In this document: positions 22,994 to 34,870 of the stretch, piece by piece
Layout of the letters: every line of letters starts with the position of its first letter
Numbering within the stretch: the stretch's first letter is position 1
NCBI GenBank assembly: GCA_051453625.1
Contig: JBOZIK010000001.1
Location: forward strand, 4,944,485-4,980,381
Source of the DNA: Welwitschia mirabilis
Lineage: Eukaryota
Direction of reading: 5' to 3'
Length of the DNA stretch: 35,897 nucleotides
Translations under genes and position numbers: made by a program
Notes under the pieces: model-generated
Database searches by the model: none
The model's input: only the letters and a program-made list of their open reading frames with translations
Told to the model about the DNA's origin: nothing

Positions 22994-24964
22994 ATGTCCC
23001 TTCTCCTCCTCCTTCTTCTTGCCACCCTCGCCGGCAGTGCGGCGTCCGCACGGTGCCCCACGTATCCGGGCCACCCTTTCTTTACGGACGACATAATCGC
23101 TGCAACGCAGCGCCGGTACGACTACATAGTGGTTGGCGGCGGCGCGAGCGGCTGCCCGATGGCCACCACCCTCTCCAAATACTTCGACGTGCTCCTCGTC
23201 GAGCGCGGCGGCACCCCCTACTGCGTGCCCAACTTAGAGCTCATGGACGGCGTGCTGTGGTCGCTTAAGCACGGCTACAATGAGCTCCAATACGTTGCGG
23301 AGCCCTTCACCTCCGAAGATGGCGTCCCCAATGTTCGTGGGCGCGTGCTTGGCGGAGGCACCGCGCTTAACATGGGCTTCTACACGCGCGCCTCTGTCGA
23401 TCTCCTCCGCGCTGCGGGGCTCGATCCCGATCGCGCCACGCGCGCCTACGACTGGGCGGAGGGCCTGCTTGCGCACCGCCCGCGCCTCAAGCAATGGCAG
23501 ACGTTGCTCCGCGACGCGCTCCTCGAGGCCAATGTCCGCCCCTACAACGCCTTCTCCTTCGACCACGTCGCCGGCACCAAAATCGGAGCATCTCTTTTCG
23601 ACTGGAAGGACGTCCGGCACTCCTCCGCGGATCTCCTTGCGTACGCCAACAGAGAAAACATCAAAGTGTTGCTAAATACAACTGCGCTGAAAATTCTCTT
23701 CGGGGACGGTCCCCAGGCGACCGGCGTGCAGCTGATGGATCAGAAAGGAGTGATGCGCAGCGCGGTTTTGAGGGCCGGCGGGGAAGTTATTGTCTCCGCC
23801 GGCGCGATCGGCAGCCCGCAGCTGCTGATGCTGTCTGGCATCGGTCCGGCCGCCGCGCTTCGCGACCTAGGCGTGCTGATGCGCGTGGATAACCCATGGG
23901 TCGGCCGGGGTATGGCCGACAATCCGCGGCACGACGTGGGAGTGTTCACGCGGACGCCGATAGAGCCGTCGCTGGTACAGGTCGTCGGTATCACGGACTC
24001 TGGCGTGTTCATTGAAGGATTCTCGATGGTGCTCGTTTCGGCGAACGCCTCCGCGCCGGCACCGCGGCACACATACCTCGGAAAGATTTTCACGAAAACG
24101 AACGGGCCGCTCTCGACCGGTGAGCTTCGGTTGCGCAGCGCGGACCCCCTGGAGACTCCGAGCGTGCGGTTCAATTATTTTCAGGATGCGGTGGACTTGG
24201 AGCGCTGCGTCGTTGGCTTGCGGTACTTGTCGGATATCCTACGGACGCCTACCATGCGTGCGCTGTCGATGAAGAATGTGCCGGCCGAGCTTGTAGAGTT
24301 GGCGGGGAATGTGGCGCTGCCGGCGAACATGTCGGAGGTGCCAGCGGTGGAGAGGTACTGTCGCGAGAATTTGAAGACGATTTGGCATTACCATGGCGGG
24401 TGTCTATTGGGCTCCGTTGTAGACGAGGATTTTAGGGTTTTGGGGTTGCAGAATGTCAGGGTTGTCGATACTTCGACGCTTAATTTTACTCCCGGCGCCA
24501 ACCCCCAGGCCACTACGATGATGCTCGGCAGGTCAAGCCTCTCATCGTCCAATTCTTTGAATTTATACTCTAGTAACGTTTTATTTTTGAATTTAAATTT
24601 TAATAATATTTTTCATCTTTTAAATGAAGTTTTTCACCTCCAATTTTTTATTATTTATGAAAAACAGTGAAAATGGTCATTTTTCATTATTTTTGATGTT
24701 TTTTTATTAAAGGTAAGGTATTTTGTATTCATTTTATTCTAGTAACTCATGTAGTTTTCTTCTGGTTTGATTTTTGTTTCATAAATACGTTACTGAGGGA
24801 TTGAAGCATCATTTATGTTGTGGTTTATCTAGCCTTCTTTTGATTGTCTCAAATTCAAGTATGTTGGTATGGGTTACAGGTATATGGGAGAGATGATAAT
24901 TGAAGAAAAAGTTAAATTGGAAGCCTCTTATGATATTCCTACCAAAATGAGCCAAGTGAAGTGA
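22994..24964 (+). CDS. Secreted GMC (glucose-methanol-choline) FAD oxidoreductase, HOTHEAD/mandelonitrile-lyase-like; join(22994..24531,24880..24964), 540 aa
   Basis: Signal peptide MSLLLLLLLATLAGSAASA. Family motifs: DYIVVGGGASGCPMA (FAD GxGxxG), VLLVERG, RGRVLGGGTALNMGFYTRA, EVIVSAGAIGSPQLLMLSGIGP, TIWHYHGGC, PGANPQATTMMLGR. Splicing AG|GTCAAG (24532) to TTACAG|G (24879) restores the family C-terminus MLGR-YMGEMIIEEKVKLEASYDIPTKMSQVK*. Confidence 0.95.
24532..24879 (+). other. GT-AG intron (348 nt, phase 2) of the GMC gene
   Basis: Abrupt shift to T-rich sequence, canonical ends, and an in-frame join giving MLGRYMG. Confidence 0.92.
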
Positions 24965-25091
24965 TAAGGCCTTGAATTTATAGAGAGGGTTCAATGTCAT
25001 TTATCAACCGTTGTATTTAAATTTATTTTGGTGTGTTGTATGAATTTTAGACAGTAGAGACACTATGTGGTATTTTGTTTGCAAACTTATC

Positions 25092-25133
25092 AAATAAAAT
25101 TGTCCTTTCAAAAAATAAAATTGTCCTTTCAAA
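25092..25133. repeat. Perfect 21-bp tandem duplication
   Basis: AAATAAAATTGTCCTTTCAAA x2, downstream of the GMC stop codon. Confidence 0.9.
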
Positions 25134-25476
25134 CAAAATTTTTATCACTTCATGATAGGCAGTTGATAGACAGTACCTCAATAAGAGTAACATTTTTCTC
25201 TCTATGAGAGATAAGAATATGATATAATTTCATCTCTTTACAGTAAAGAATATGTCATGGAGAGTATGACAGGAATTCATACCCAAGAAATGTCTACACT
25301 TTGTAGATTAATGGAGGTCTCATCAATAGTGAAGACATTGATAAATTCCTTGCACCAATTCATCCAAATGACAACATTATGTATTTATGTTCTATTACTA
25401 TTAATTATTATACTAATTACTATGTTACAGAACATATGTAAAGCTAACAAATCATTCTAAAGGAAGTAGAACTACC

Positions 25477-26497
25477 TGATGTTATCATGATTAAGGAAGG
25501 AATGATCAATCTTATTAGGAGCATTAGAAAATAAAAAAAGTAGAATATTCTTTAATGTATACATACATATCCATTAGCATACCCTCATTATAAATAAGCA
25601 AGCTAGGCTACATTAGACAAATCTCTAGCATTAAGCCACCATGAAAAACTAGATAAGACAAGTAAGACTGTGACGGCCTTAGATTCACTATCAATTTGGT
25701 TTTCCAGTTATGCCATGTGGAGCTCATGCAAGAGCATCTTAAGAAATAAAAGTAATGAGTGTGTTTTATCTAAGGCTTGCTTTGTTAAGGTTTAATGTGC
25801 TTGTGTGAAAAATAATATCTCTCATGTGTAATTGCCATGAAGGCATTAGGTGTAATCATCATGTAGGTGCCATGCATAATAACATAGAAGGAATTTTGGT
25901 GAGTAGAATAAAGTCTGTTTAGAAAAACAAATAGGTGTAAAAAATATCTTATATTTAAAGAGAATCCATATGTAAGGAATATGTTATATTTACAAGCTAT
26001 TTTTAGTGAATTGCGTAAGAGACTAATATTAAGAGGATTGTTTATTGATAATGATTCCTCTTGGAGTCTTATAAATAAGGGGGCATAAGGGATAAAGGGC
26101 ATGACTTGGAGAATGCCTTGATGAATGACTTGAAGAACGAAGATGTGACAGATCTTGGAGTTGGAACTTGAGAGGAGATCTTATTGGGGAACTTAAGGAG
26201 ATAATTCTTCATGTAAGATTGTCGCTTATATATACTCTCTTTTAAAGACTACTAAGCATCATAGTTGTAAAGCTTAGATGAGGTTTTAAAGGCTACTGTT
26301 AAGGAGAGAGCTCGTGAAAGCTTTGTAAATTTGATGCTAGTTTATAAGCATCGTAATTTCTATTCAGTAATAGAAACTAATTCCTTCATTATATTTAATA
26401 CTATATTCCTTGCATATTTATTCAATATTTCTACTCCTCTTTGGAAACACCATTTCAAAATTGCTCTTAGCATTTTTGTTGTATTTCCTCTACATCA
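25477..26497 (+). repeat. 5' LTR of the CRM-like element (1021 bp)
   Basis: 6-bp inverted termini TGATGT/ACATCA, followed after 2 nt by the PBS. Confidence 0.7.
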
Positions 26498-26499
26498 TC

Positions 26500-26511
26500 T
26501 AGTATTAGAGT
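26500..26511 (+). promoter_or_regulatory. Decayed tRNA-iMet PBS
   Basis: TAGTATTAGAGT versus TGGTATCAGAGC; three transitions. Confidence 0.7.
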
Positions 26512-29500
26512 GAGTTTTGGGTTTTGTGTGGAGTCAGTGTTGGATTTGATTTCAAAATGCCATTAAAGAAAATAATACTTTCTCACCTAGAAAACTTTCT
26601 TATAAGACAAAAAGTGGTGATAGAAGATGTATTGCATATAATGTAGAAGACAAAAAAGAGGATGAGTATAGACCATATACCCAAACCTTTGGAATTAATT
26701 CCACATGAGAGGAAGGATTTTTTTATGAAAGTCCTAGTAAAGATAGGACAAAAGAACCTAGTAAGCATAACACCACTTAAAGGCAGTTTGGAAGTAGAAA
26801 AGCTTCAAGATTAGATTCGAGACATGGAGCAGTACTTTGAGATGGAGAATATAGAAAAAGAAAGTAAATATTGCTTTAACTCACTTCCAAGGAGTTTTAG
26901 CTAGTTGATGGAAACATGTTTAGAAGAGTTGTCAAGAATAAGACATTTCCACTTCCTGGAGATACATGAAGGAGAGATTCTAAGACAAGTTCATGCTTCT
27001 TTCACATAGGACATGCAAAGATGATAAGAAAGATTCAAATACTTTAGTAAGAAGAAAATCTTGTATGAAGTATGCAAAGAGTTTCATGCACTTGACATCC
27101 AAATAGGACATTTTAACTTTGACATAAAAGAGGTAACTAGATATATATGTTAGGGGTTTAAGACTTGTTATTCAAGATGAAATCACAATTGTTACTCTTA
27201 GAATAATACAAGAAGTGTACCAATTAGCGTTACAAGTAGAAGAGAAGTTGTAGTAAAGGTATAGTTCAAATAAAGAAAGATTCAAAGAAAAGGAATCACA
27301 AAGAAGGGGTTATGCATAAGGGTAAAGGACCAACCAAGAATGATATAAGAAAGATGAAGAAAATAATAGAGGCAGAGGAGGTACTTATCAAGGAAGAGGT
27401 ATCAGCGATAATTTTTTACTATCTGCTATAAATGTCATAAGATAGAAAATAAGTCTTATCAGTGTTTAGTAAGCAAGGAGGCTATGCACGCTAATGCTAT
27501 CTTTAAGCATGGCAAGATAAGTAGAGAATGTGAAAAGAAGGAACTAGAAAATGCTGCTACTGAAAAATGAGAAAATATGATTGTTAAAAGAACTTTCATG
27601 CAAGATTTAAAAATTGTTAAGGAGCTAGCACAATGGAGACAACCAGTCAGAATTAGATGTAAGTATAAAGATAAGGTAAGTAAGGCTATAGTTGATAATA
27701 AAAGCATTGATAACTTAGTTTTTAGTGAGACGAGGGAAAAGTTAAATTTAGAGACCATGTTTCATTTAACACCATACCAAATCTCTTAGTTGTAGAAGGG
27801 ACACTATATTATGATTATAGAAAGTGCCTGATCAACTTTAAAATTGGTAAATTTTATGATCAAGTTGTGATATTATTCCTATGGATGCTTTTTATTTACT
27901 ATTAGATAGACCATGGCAATACAGTACCGTGCATGCATAATGATAAGACTAATACTTGCATTATATCTGATAAGAATGAAAAGAGATCTCAGTTGTTATC
28001 TAATTCAAAGGATAATTTCAAGCATAAAAGGTGTACGATTATTAGAAAGGAAGGAGATGGTAGATGAAATAAAAGAATAAGGCTATGACATGGAGGTAAA
28101 AGAAATATTAAAATAATTTATAGATATTTTTTATGATGATTTACCTTTTGGTTTACTATCTATGAGGAGCATAAATTATTAAATAGATTTATTTCCTAGT
28201 GCTTCACTTCCAAACAAATCACCATACAGAATGGCATGACAAGAAAGAGAGGAGATAAGTAGATATGTATAAAAGTAACTAAACAAAGGATTGATCAAGG
28301 AAATTTAGTTACTGTGTTTTTTTTTACTAATCTTAACTTCCAAGAAGAATAGTGAGGATTTGTACATGTGTGTTGATTCAAGAGCCATCAACAAATAACC
28401 ATTAGGTATTGCTTTCTATGCTTCACATAAATAATATTTTAGATTTTTGGATAGGTGAATCTATTTTTATCAAGATAGATTTGAAGATTAAATAATATCA
28501 AATTCATATCCAAGAAAGAGATTAATGGAAAATATCCTTTAAGATTTTAGATGAGTTGTATGAATGGTTGATGATTTTGTTTAGATTGACATGCTCCAAG
28601 TACATTCATAAATTTAATAACAGAGATATTGAAGCATTTTCTTAAGAATTTATTTTTTTTGTTAAGGCTTAGTAAGAATATTAAGGATCATAGAAAACAT
28701 TCAGGAAGAGTTCTTTAAAGGTTAAATGAAGAGTAGTTGATCATCAATGCAAAGAAGTGTGCCTTTACCTAACTAGAGTTAGTTTTCCTTGGGATCGTAG
28801 TCTCCAAAAATGGAATCAAGATGGATTTAGATAATGGGAAGGCTATTTTGGATTAGCTAACACCAACATCAATAAGGAATGTTCATAGTTTAAATGGATT
28901 AACATGNNNNNNNNNNNNNNNNNNNNNNNNNNNNNNNNNNNNNNNNNNNNNNNNNNNNNNNNNNNNNNNNNNNNNNNNNNNNNNNNNNNNNNNNNNNNNN
29001 NNNNNNNNNNNNNNNNNNNNNNNNNNNNNNNNNNNNNNNNNNNNNNNNNNNNNNNNNNNNNNNNNNNNNNNNNNNNNNNNNNNNNNNNNNNNNNNNNNNN
29101 NNNNNNNNNNNNNNNNNNNNNNNNNNNNNNNNNNNNNNNNNNNNNNNNNNNNNNNNNNNNNNNNNNNNNNNNNNNNNNNNNNNNNNNNNNNNNNNNNNNN
29201 NNNNNNNNNNNNNNNNNNNNNNNNNNNNNNNNNNNNNNNNNNNNNNNNNNNNNNNNNNNNNNNNNNNNNNNNNNNNNNNNNNNNNNNNNNNNNNNNNNNN
29301 NNNNNNNNNNNNNNNNNNNNNNNNNNNNNNNNNNNNNNNNNNNNNNNNNNNNNNNNNNNNNNNNNNNNNNNNNNNNNNNNNNNNNNNNNNNNNNNNNNNN
29401 NNNNNNNNNNNNNNNNNNNNNNNNNNNNNNNNNNNNNNNNNNNNNNNNNNNNNNNNNNNNNNNNNNNNNNNNNNNNNNNNNNNNNNNNNNNNNNNNNNNN

Positions 29501-32103
29501 AAGAGATTTTTCAATAACTTTAGTAAGATTTTTACATTAGTAATAGCTACGATCGAGAAGGATTAGAACCTTAAGTAGACCAAGTAACACCCCAAATTTT
29601 GATGCAATGATTTGATTTGATTTCAAAGTAATATTTAATTTTTTATTTTGAATTTTCCAATAATATTTAATCCTATCTACCTATGGCATGGGTACGAATC
29701 TATAGTAAGTCAAGTAGTGTGTTTATAGAAAATTTTAACACATATGTATTTCTCTAAATATTAGACTTCTATGGTAATAGATTGTAATATCCTAATGTTG
29801 ATACTCTGGAATTTAAATAACTAAGGAAGAACTTCTATGAACTTTATAAATTCTAATTCAAACCTTTTGGTGATATTTATATATTTTAAAATATCTTTGG
29901 TTGAATTCAAGTGATTTTTTATTAGTTATTACATACATCTAACAAGAAGATATCTCCTTCCTAATATGCCCTAGGCATGCATACTTTAAAAGGTTCATAT
30001 TACTTTGTCTACTTCTTTAAATATGCCTTTTCATGTCTCTTTGCTTAATTATCTTTAAATAGTTTCACAGAACATGCATTAGAAATGTTCCTGCTCTTCT
30101 TCACACATGTAGTATTTCTGTAACTCCTTTAAGAGGAAGTCAATAATGGCTTGCACAGACTCTATAACTTTTTTCTCTATTCTTAAATATCAAAGAGATG
30201 ATTTTCGTTCTTTTACAAGTTTTAGAACATAATGTTTCTCTCATAAGATTTGGTTATGAATGTTTTCTACTACATGTTACATCAATCTAAAGGGGATTCA
30301 TTTATACACCATCTTTTTTCTATTGCAATTATCACAAATAATTTTGAATGCACAAAATTACACGGCAAATAAGAAAAGTGCACTTTTTGCTATAAGCTAG
30401 CTCGTGAAGTAGCTTTAGTGTTTTCAATCTTTACCCCTTTTTTTTAAGTGGCAATTAGAAGGCATACAGGGGCTCTACATGCTACACAAATAGTGTAAGA
30501 AAAGAGCTCATTAATAAGAGAGGGAGGACTTTGCATTCAAGGAAGAAGAGCATTATATTAAAGGGAACAACAGAAAGGAAAATTTAGAGTGAAATCGAAG
30601 GGTAGCCATGAATGAATAAAACTTTCAAAGGTGGAAATGGTTCCCTCTTACTTTTTTAGAGGTACTCTTAAAAGGTTTGTTTACTTTGTCAGTATTTTAG
30701 AAGTTTAAACTTACCAACAAAGTTGATGTGAAAATAACTTAGAAGTAAGAAGAAGTTTTTAACTAAATCTTTATTGTAAGTAACAAGTGAAAAGGCATCT
30801 ATTTCTAGATTAGGTCATTCCTTCTTATTTTTTTTCTTTTTTAAACACTCAATTCATGCAATTAGATTATAAAGCTCTCAATGTATTTCTTATTACTAAA
30901 TAAAACCTACTTTAATATTTAAATTTAAGGCCTCATTATTGTGTAGTTACATTTCCCTTGATATTACAAGTTTATAAAGGATTAAAAGCACCATAGGATG
31001 AGTTACGTTGTTAGACACTTCTAGAGAATGTATCTTCAAAACATTTTTCAAGTGGAGGATTAAATAGTAAACATCTTTATATAGACAAAAAATCTTTATG
31101 AAAAGCTTAAGAAGTATATACAAAGCTCTTATACCTCAAATCCAAAAAGCTTTCTCAGAATGAGTGTTCTATTAGTTAAACTTTAATTCTAGGATTTAAA
31201 ATAAGCTCTTAGTCTTAAACTTTTAATATTACATTGGAGATTTAAAATTTGATTATGTTATTATATTAAAATAAAAGGCCCTTTAATATTAATTGGAAAC
31301 ACCGCCACTTATATCATATTATAATACGTCCTTAATGTATTTTGTATTTTAGCCACTAATTAATTAGGCCAATATTATAGAAATAAAATGAGAAGGTATT
31401 ACCAAGATATAATGATGTTAATATTGGCCATTGTAATAAATTAATATAGATGAATAATATTGATCATAGCCTTGATTTAGTATTGAGGGTATTTTAGGTA
31501 AAGGAGAATTTAACTCAAGAAAAGTCACATGTTCTGGTGGTGGGCTAAGGGGTGGTTAATGAATTGCATATTCAATTTGCTAAACACCTTATAATATATT
31601 CTCATTTTTTTTCTTGATTGTCTACATATCTCATGGAGTATGTAGAAGGGTATTAATTAAGCTATATTTATTCCAATAAAATACTCTTCTTACTCTTAGC
31701 TACTTATAGGAATTAATTTGTATTGAATTCTAGATATTATCAAATAATAGATTATGTAGGTTAAAGTATCTGCATTATAAATTTATTTATTTTTAAAGCT
31801 TTTCCTTGTATTCATATAATGTCTTCACATAAATTATAGTAAACTAGGACTTATTTTACCAATATTATAAATGTTAATATAATTCAAGTCACTCTTCACT
31901 TTATTTAATAAGGACATCATAGCTAGAAAGTTTTTTAATCAGGTATGAACATTTTGTTACCATTTATGAATAGGTGATTTTTCTATGATGGTGATTAAGA
32001 TATTTAAGCATTTAATAAGTTTCTTTATCTATTGACTTCTATTATGCTAAATCTTGTTGAGATTAATAATGCATTTAAGCTATTTTCTTTCAACATTCCA
32101 TAG

Positions 32104-32127
32104 ATATATATATATATATATATATAT
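32104..32127. repeat. (AT)12 microsatellite
   Basis: Directly visible; lies inside the long LTR. Confidence 0.95.
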
Positions 32128-32326
32128 TTAGATTTATTATGCTCTATTATAAAAAGAGTAGCAGGTGTCTACCAAAATGGTGTGTGTGTGTTGGATGTGT
32201 TTGATTATATTTTGGCCATTGCATGAGCTTATTATAATGTTTATTCTATTGAGAATTCCCCTCTCGTTGACTCACATCAAGATGCTAGAAAGAAATAAGG
32301 GGTTTCTTATGCTTGATGATTAAGCT

Positions 32327-32443
32327 TATATATCTATGTATGTATGTATGTATGTATGCATGCTTATATGTATGTATGTTTATGTATATATATATACACA
32401 CACATATATATACATATATATACATATATACATATATGTATAT
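32327..32443. repeat. Compound (TATG)n/(TA)n/(TACA) microsatellite
   Basis: Directly visible; explains ORF 32344..32556. Confidence 0.9.
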
Positions 32444-33607
32444 TTTTCATCAATTATGCATTAGAATTCCTTATTAGGAATGGATTTTGTGACCTCGGAA
32501 GTTCTTTATTTTCTACCTCTTATATTTTTACATATAGCTACTATGTACATGTATAAATGTATGTGTGATATCTTTTGGTGTTATTTTAATTCAATTTGAT
32601 ACCATACTCTTCATTTGGTTGAGTTGGTTTTTAAGTCCTTACATTATTTTTTGCATTGATTTATGCATATGATTGCCCAATACCCATTGATACAACCCAC
32701 ATTGATTTATCATATGCTCATGCATATTGGTTGGGATGAGAACAAGGCCCAAGATAGAACTACGCGTGATCTGACTTACTCTAGATGAGAATACATAGGC
32801 ATGACTACTACTTATTGGTGCAATCAACCATTCAACTATTTCATTTACACTTTTATGGGTAAGTTTTCCATTGAAATGTTAAATAATGGCATGCTAATCC
32901 ATAATCCTTAAACATATCATTGTTTATTAATTAAAAAAGATAAACTAAGATAAACTATTTTTGTTTTCTACACCTAGGTAAGTGGGTTAAGTGACCTACC
33001 CCCATATATATTCCCTAATATGAATCCTATGGTTAAATCTTACATCAATTAATCATTTGAATGTGATGTCCTTATTGTAATTAATTAAAAAATTATGCTT
33101 CTTAAGAAATATTAAATGTTGGGATGTGATAATTAGTATCAAAGCCTTGGTTTTGATCCATTACTTAATCAATGTAATAATAGTTAGTGCTAGAGTATTA
33201 AATGGATTACATAGTTTTCAAAATAGGAACTTCTTAAGGAAAGGAGAATGTAACACCCTAGATTTTGATGCAATGATTTATTTCAATTTTCTTGTAATAT
33301 TGAATTTTCTAGTTTGAATTTTTCAATAACATTTAATATTATCTATTGATTGCATGAATACATATCTATAGTAAGTTAAGTAGTTTTTTATAGTAAGGTT
33401 TGACACGTCTTTCTCTAAATATTAGGTTGTCATGGTAATAGTTTGTAATACACTAATGTTGATACTCTACAATTTAAATAACTGAATAAGAACTTCTATG
33501 CTCTTTCTAAATTCTAATTCAAACATCTTGATAATAATTATATATATTAAGATATCTCTATCTAAATTCATGTAATTCTTTATTGGTTATTACATACATT
33601 TAGAAAG

Positions 33608-34870
33608 TGTAGGGTTTTAGAAAATCCTCATGCATAAGCAGAAGGTAAGATAGGTAAGAGGAGCATGAAAGTTTTTCTTCAAAATATCAACTCTTATTTT
33701 CATTAATAAGAAAACGTCTTTACATACACAATTGTGATACCATAAATAGAAAATGACTCATCCCTCAAATATGGATCACAATCAAATATTACTTAACAAC
33801 TTAACAAATACTTCAAACATGAGACATAGACATGACCATCATACCTTATTGTCATAATTTACTCATATAAAAAACTAATAAACCCCCTTAATGTTAAATT
33901 CCCAAATATACAAAGACTTTAACATTATAATTATTGTAATATTCCTCCAACATGGTATGAAAAGATAAACTTTGTAAGGAAAATGAGTGACATCATAAGG
34001 GAATTCATGGGAACAACAAGGAACTACATGAGGAGAAATGAGGGACTTCATGAGGGACAATGAGGGACTTTATGTAGAAAGATAAGAAACATGTCAAAAG
34101 GATGGTATTTCCATATTTGATGATTCTTCTTGGTTTTCTTTTATTTCTAGACCATATTAAGCAAGCAAAGTAATTTTCTTCAATTTTCCATTTAGAAGAT
34201 CTCAAACATGATCAAAATAGTTGATTTCAAAATGTCTTTTCTTCTTGCATTAGAAGTACGATTCTTTACATCTAGAAGGTTGATGATTCAATTGTGATTT
34301 CCTTACATTTCATGTTTTTAAATTCTTTAAAAAGGGTGGAATTGGTGGCTCCAAGTGAGACTGGAATCTTCTTCAATGTGAAAATAATGTGATTGAACTT
34401 AGAAGGAAGACCGTTAAATAAATGGCTTTAGCATCATCATCATCTACCTTAGAATTGATTGAAGATAGTTCTATTAATAATGATCTAAAATGATTGATGT
34501 GCTCATCCATGTCTTTTTCTTCATTCATCTTTAAGCCATAGAGTTGACTTTTTAACATCTTCTTAGCTTCTTGGCTACTTGCATAAGATAAATTATTTAG
34601 CTCATTCTAATTTACTTTTGAAGACTTGCTTAAATCAAGATAATACAAATAGATTTCTTCAAGGAAAAGGCTAACGAAAGAAAGTTATCTTTGATCCAAC
34701 ACCTCCCATTCTAGAACTTTAGATGCATCTATGACCTTAGTGATCCTGTCATTCACATTTTGCCAAACATCCTTTTGAATTAAGATTAGTTGCACCTTAA
34801 TTTTTCATGACTAAAAATTTCTTTCATTATATTTCTCTATTTTCTTAATTATAGTGCTCATCTTCATTTA
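33608..34870 (-). mobile_element. Ty1/copia element with gag only (TR-GAG-like or internally deleted): gag ~34100-34867, PPT 33881-33891, 3' LTR 33608-33880
   Basis: Minus strand MKMSTIIKKIEKYNERNF*S*KIKVQLILIQKDVW...LKSQLYGLKMNEEKDMDEHINHFRSLLIELSSINSKVDDDDAKAIYL (copia gag, UBN2-type). TTAAGGGGGTT is followed by TATTAG...CCCTACA. Similarity between the two Tekay LTR copies stops exactly at 33607. Confidence 0.75.

Larger units (their letters stand above)
25477..29582 (+). mobile_element. Degenerate Ty3/gypsy chromovirus, CRM-like (5' LTR, PBS, gag, PR, RT), truncated by a nested insertion
   Basis: LTR TGATGT...ACATCA and PBS TAGTATTAGAGT. Gag starts MPLKK (~26557) with knuckle ICYKCHKIENKSYQC (27421-27465). 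Protease RIRCKYKDKVSKAIVDNKSIDNLV..EKLNLETMFHLTPYQIS. RT DDLPFGLLSMRSINY*IDLFPSASLPNKSPYRM, CVDSRAINK, KRFFNNFSKI. Confidence 0.88.
29583..33607 (+). mobile_element. Non-autonomous Tekay/Del-like LTR element: ~3.55-kb 5' LTR (29583-33131), ~117-bp internal region, partial 3' LTR (33249-33607)
   Basis: Direct repeat 29583-29946 versus 33249-33607, starting (T)GTAACACCC. LTR end GGGATGTGATA (33121-33131), PBS TAGTATCAAAGCC (33134-33146), and PPT AAGGAAAGGAGAA (33236-33248) directly before TG. Confidence 0.8.

Noticed and set aside
22801-24272. Several overlapping and antisense ORFs within or around the GMC exon
   Set aside because: Shadow ORFs expected in GC-rich, stop-poor DNA; Arg/Pro/Ala-rich with no motifs.
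22994-24531. Bacterial contamination or horizontal transfer suggested by high GC
   Set aside because: Plant-type GMC motifs, a signal peptide and a spliceosomal intron at a family-typical position.
24532-24670. C-terminal extension of the 558-aa ORF
   Set aside because: Intron read-through; splicing restores the conserved RYMG terminus.
32344-32556. 70-aa Tyr/Ile/His-rich ORF
   Set aside because: Translation of a microsatellite.
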